A stretch of 61,130 nucleotides of DNA, counting the filler, from Nemertoderma westbladi (lineage: Eukaryota > Animalia > Xenacoelomorpha), in assembly GCA_032718475.1 (NCBI GenBank). It is 3 parts of 3 records of this genome, joined end to end, with 100 filler letters (N's around TTAATTAATTAA, not from the genome) between each part and the next. Parts side by side here need not be neighbours in the genome. Positions count along the whole stretch, not along the records: positions 48,680 to 61,130 come from JAUCBJ010001758.1; 2 more parts are not named here. One strand, given 5' to 3'. The notes beneath the pieces were generated by a model. That model was not told the origin of the DNA and searched no databases. It saw only the letters and a program-made list of their open reading frames with translations. Shown here piece after piece: positions 59,995 through 61,130 of this stretch. Each line of letters opens with the position of its first letter. The stretch's first letter is position 1. The translations under genes were made by a program, and so were the position numbers.

Positions 59995-61130
59995 TATTAT
60001 TGAAATATTTTGCTTATTATTTTACTAATATTATTTTTATGAATAATGCTTATTTTTTCACTTATATAATACAATTTGTGTTGAATAAGTAAAAATTTGA
60101 TTTATTTTTTATCACTTGCAATCATAGAGTTGTATTTTCCGAAGTCTAGAACTGCAATACGCAGCTGATGCGGTACACAAATTGAATCCATATAATACCA
60201 GGTCCTAATATTTAAATAGCAACAGTAAGGCTCGAACTTATAACATTATGCTTAATATAATTTATTAAATCGGATTGTAATATTGCAAACACAATATTAA
60301 TACGCAATAATTTATTGTAAAGTACTATAAAATAATACAGTAATAACGGTACTAAATAATTCAATAAAAATTAATGATTACAATTGGTTTTGACAAAAAC
60401 TAAAGAGCACCAAACATTCATAGCAAATATAGGCCTATAGGCTAAGTAAACGCAGTGAAGTATGCAGTTACCCTAAGGCGAATAACAATATCAAACCCAG
60501 GGTCCCACCGCGACCAGGAAAATACCAATCACAGGCGCACAATGTGCATTGTATCTACAGTCCCTATCTCATTCTAGATACCGTTTCTCAAACTGGGTAC
60601 CTTTTCTCTTACCTCACTCTTACTAACTCAAACTTGTCTGGTTTACTCAAACCCAACTCAAACTCGCGTAACCACCCACTGTGCACTGTGTAGCATTCAT
60701 ACAACAAACTGTCTGTATTTAATGGCCCACTCGCTTCTGTTATACTATGCCTACGGGTTTGATGGTCTCCTGCTGTTATAACATTCCCTAAACTTGATTT
60801 GTTTGTGTGTAATTAACTCCAGTAGACAGTGAGAATTAAGTTGCAGACTCAGTGGCTCAATTTATTTTTAAATTTCAGAATAAAAAAAAATATATGCTAA
60901 ATTATTAAACTGAAGATTAATTAATTAATTAATTACTAATGTTTTACTAATGTTTAATTCTCTATTACATCGTCAACACAATTATTCGCAATACATCCGG
61001 GTGTGGGTATACCGGGCAAAGGGGCCAGAGGAAAGAAACCTCTGTAATTATAGACAGGGCCATATTTATGGGGGGGGGGGGGGGGGGGGGGGTGGTGTTG
61101 TGAGGTCCCATATGCTCTAATAATTCTTAA

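Overview
AT-rich eukaryotic genomic DNA, most likely an invertebrate animal (GT-AG introns, LINEs, SINEs, MITEs); no prokaryotic features. The window is three contigs joined by artificial N44-TTAATTAATTAA-N44 linkers (19415-19514, 48580-48679), so adjacency across the gaps means nothing. Host genes are METTL9 (intronless), a Xi-class GST/glutathionyl-hydroquinone reductase (intronless), a CYP2-clan P450 (intronless), SPTLC1 (three clear exons, 3' end degenerate or missing) and a two-exon FABP, plus a fibrinogen-domain pseudogene. Most of the rest is mobile DNA. The dominant structure is a ~17.7 kb array (19515-37236) of 12 non-autonomous Helitron/Helentron (HINE-like) elements plus one orphan 3' end. 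The array has two co-varying terminal types, nested self-insertion at a recurrent site, an inversion junction and swapped interiors. Also present: a ~2 kb inverted-repeat-bounded cassette with its own promoter and an orphan acidic/28-aa-repeat gene, a Penelope remnant with a minimal hammerhead ribozyme, and the 5' part of a BEL/Pao retrotransposon with a tRNA-like module in its putative LTR. A decayed CR1-group LINE, RTE fragments, a pogo remnant, MITEs and several minisatellites complete the picture. All calls are by eye; no searches were run.
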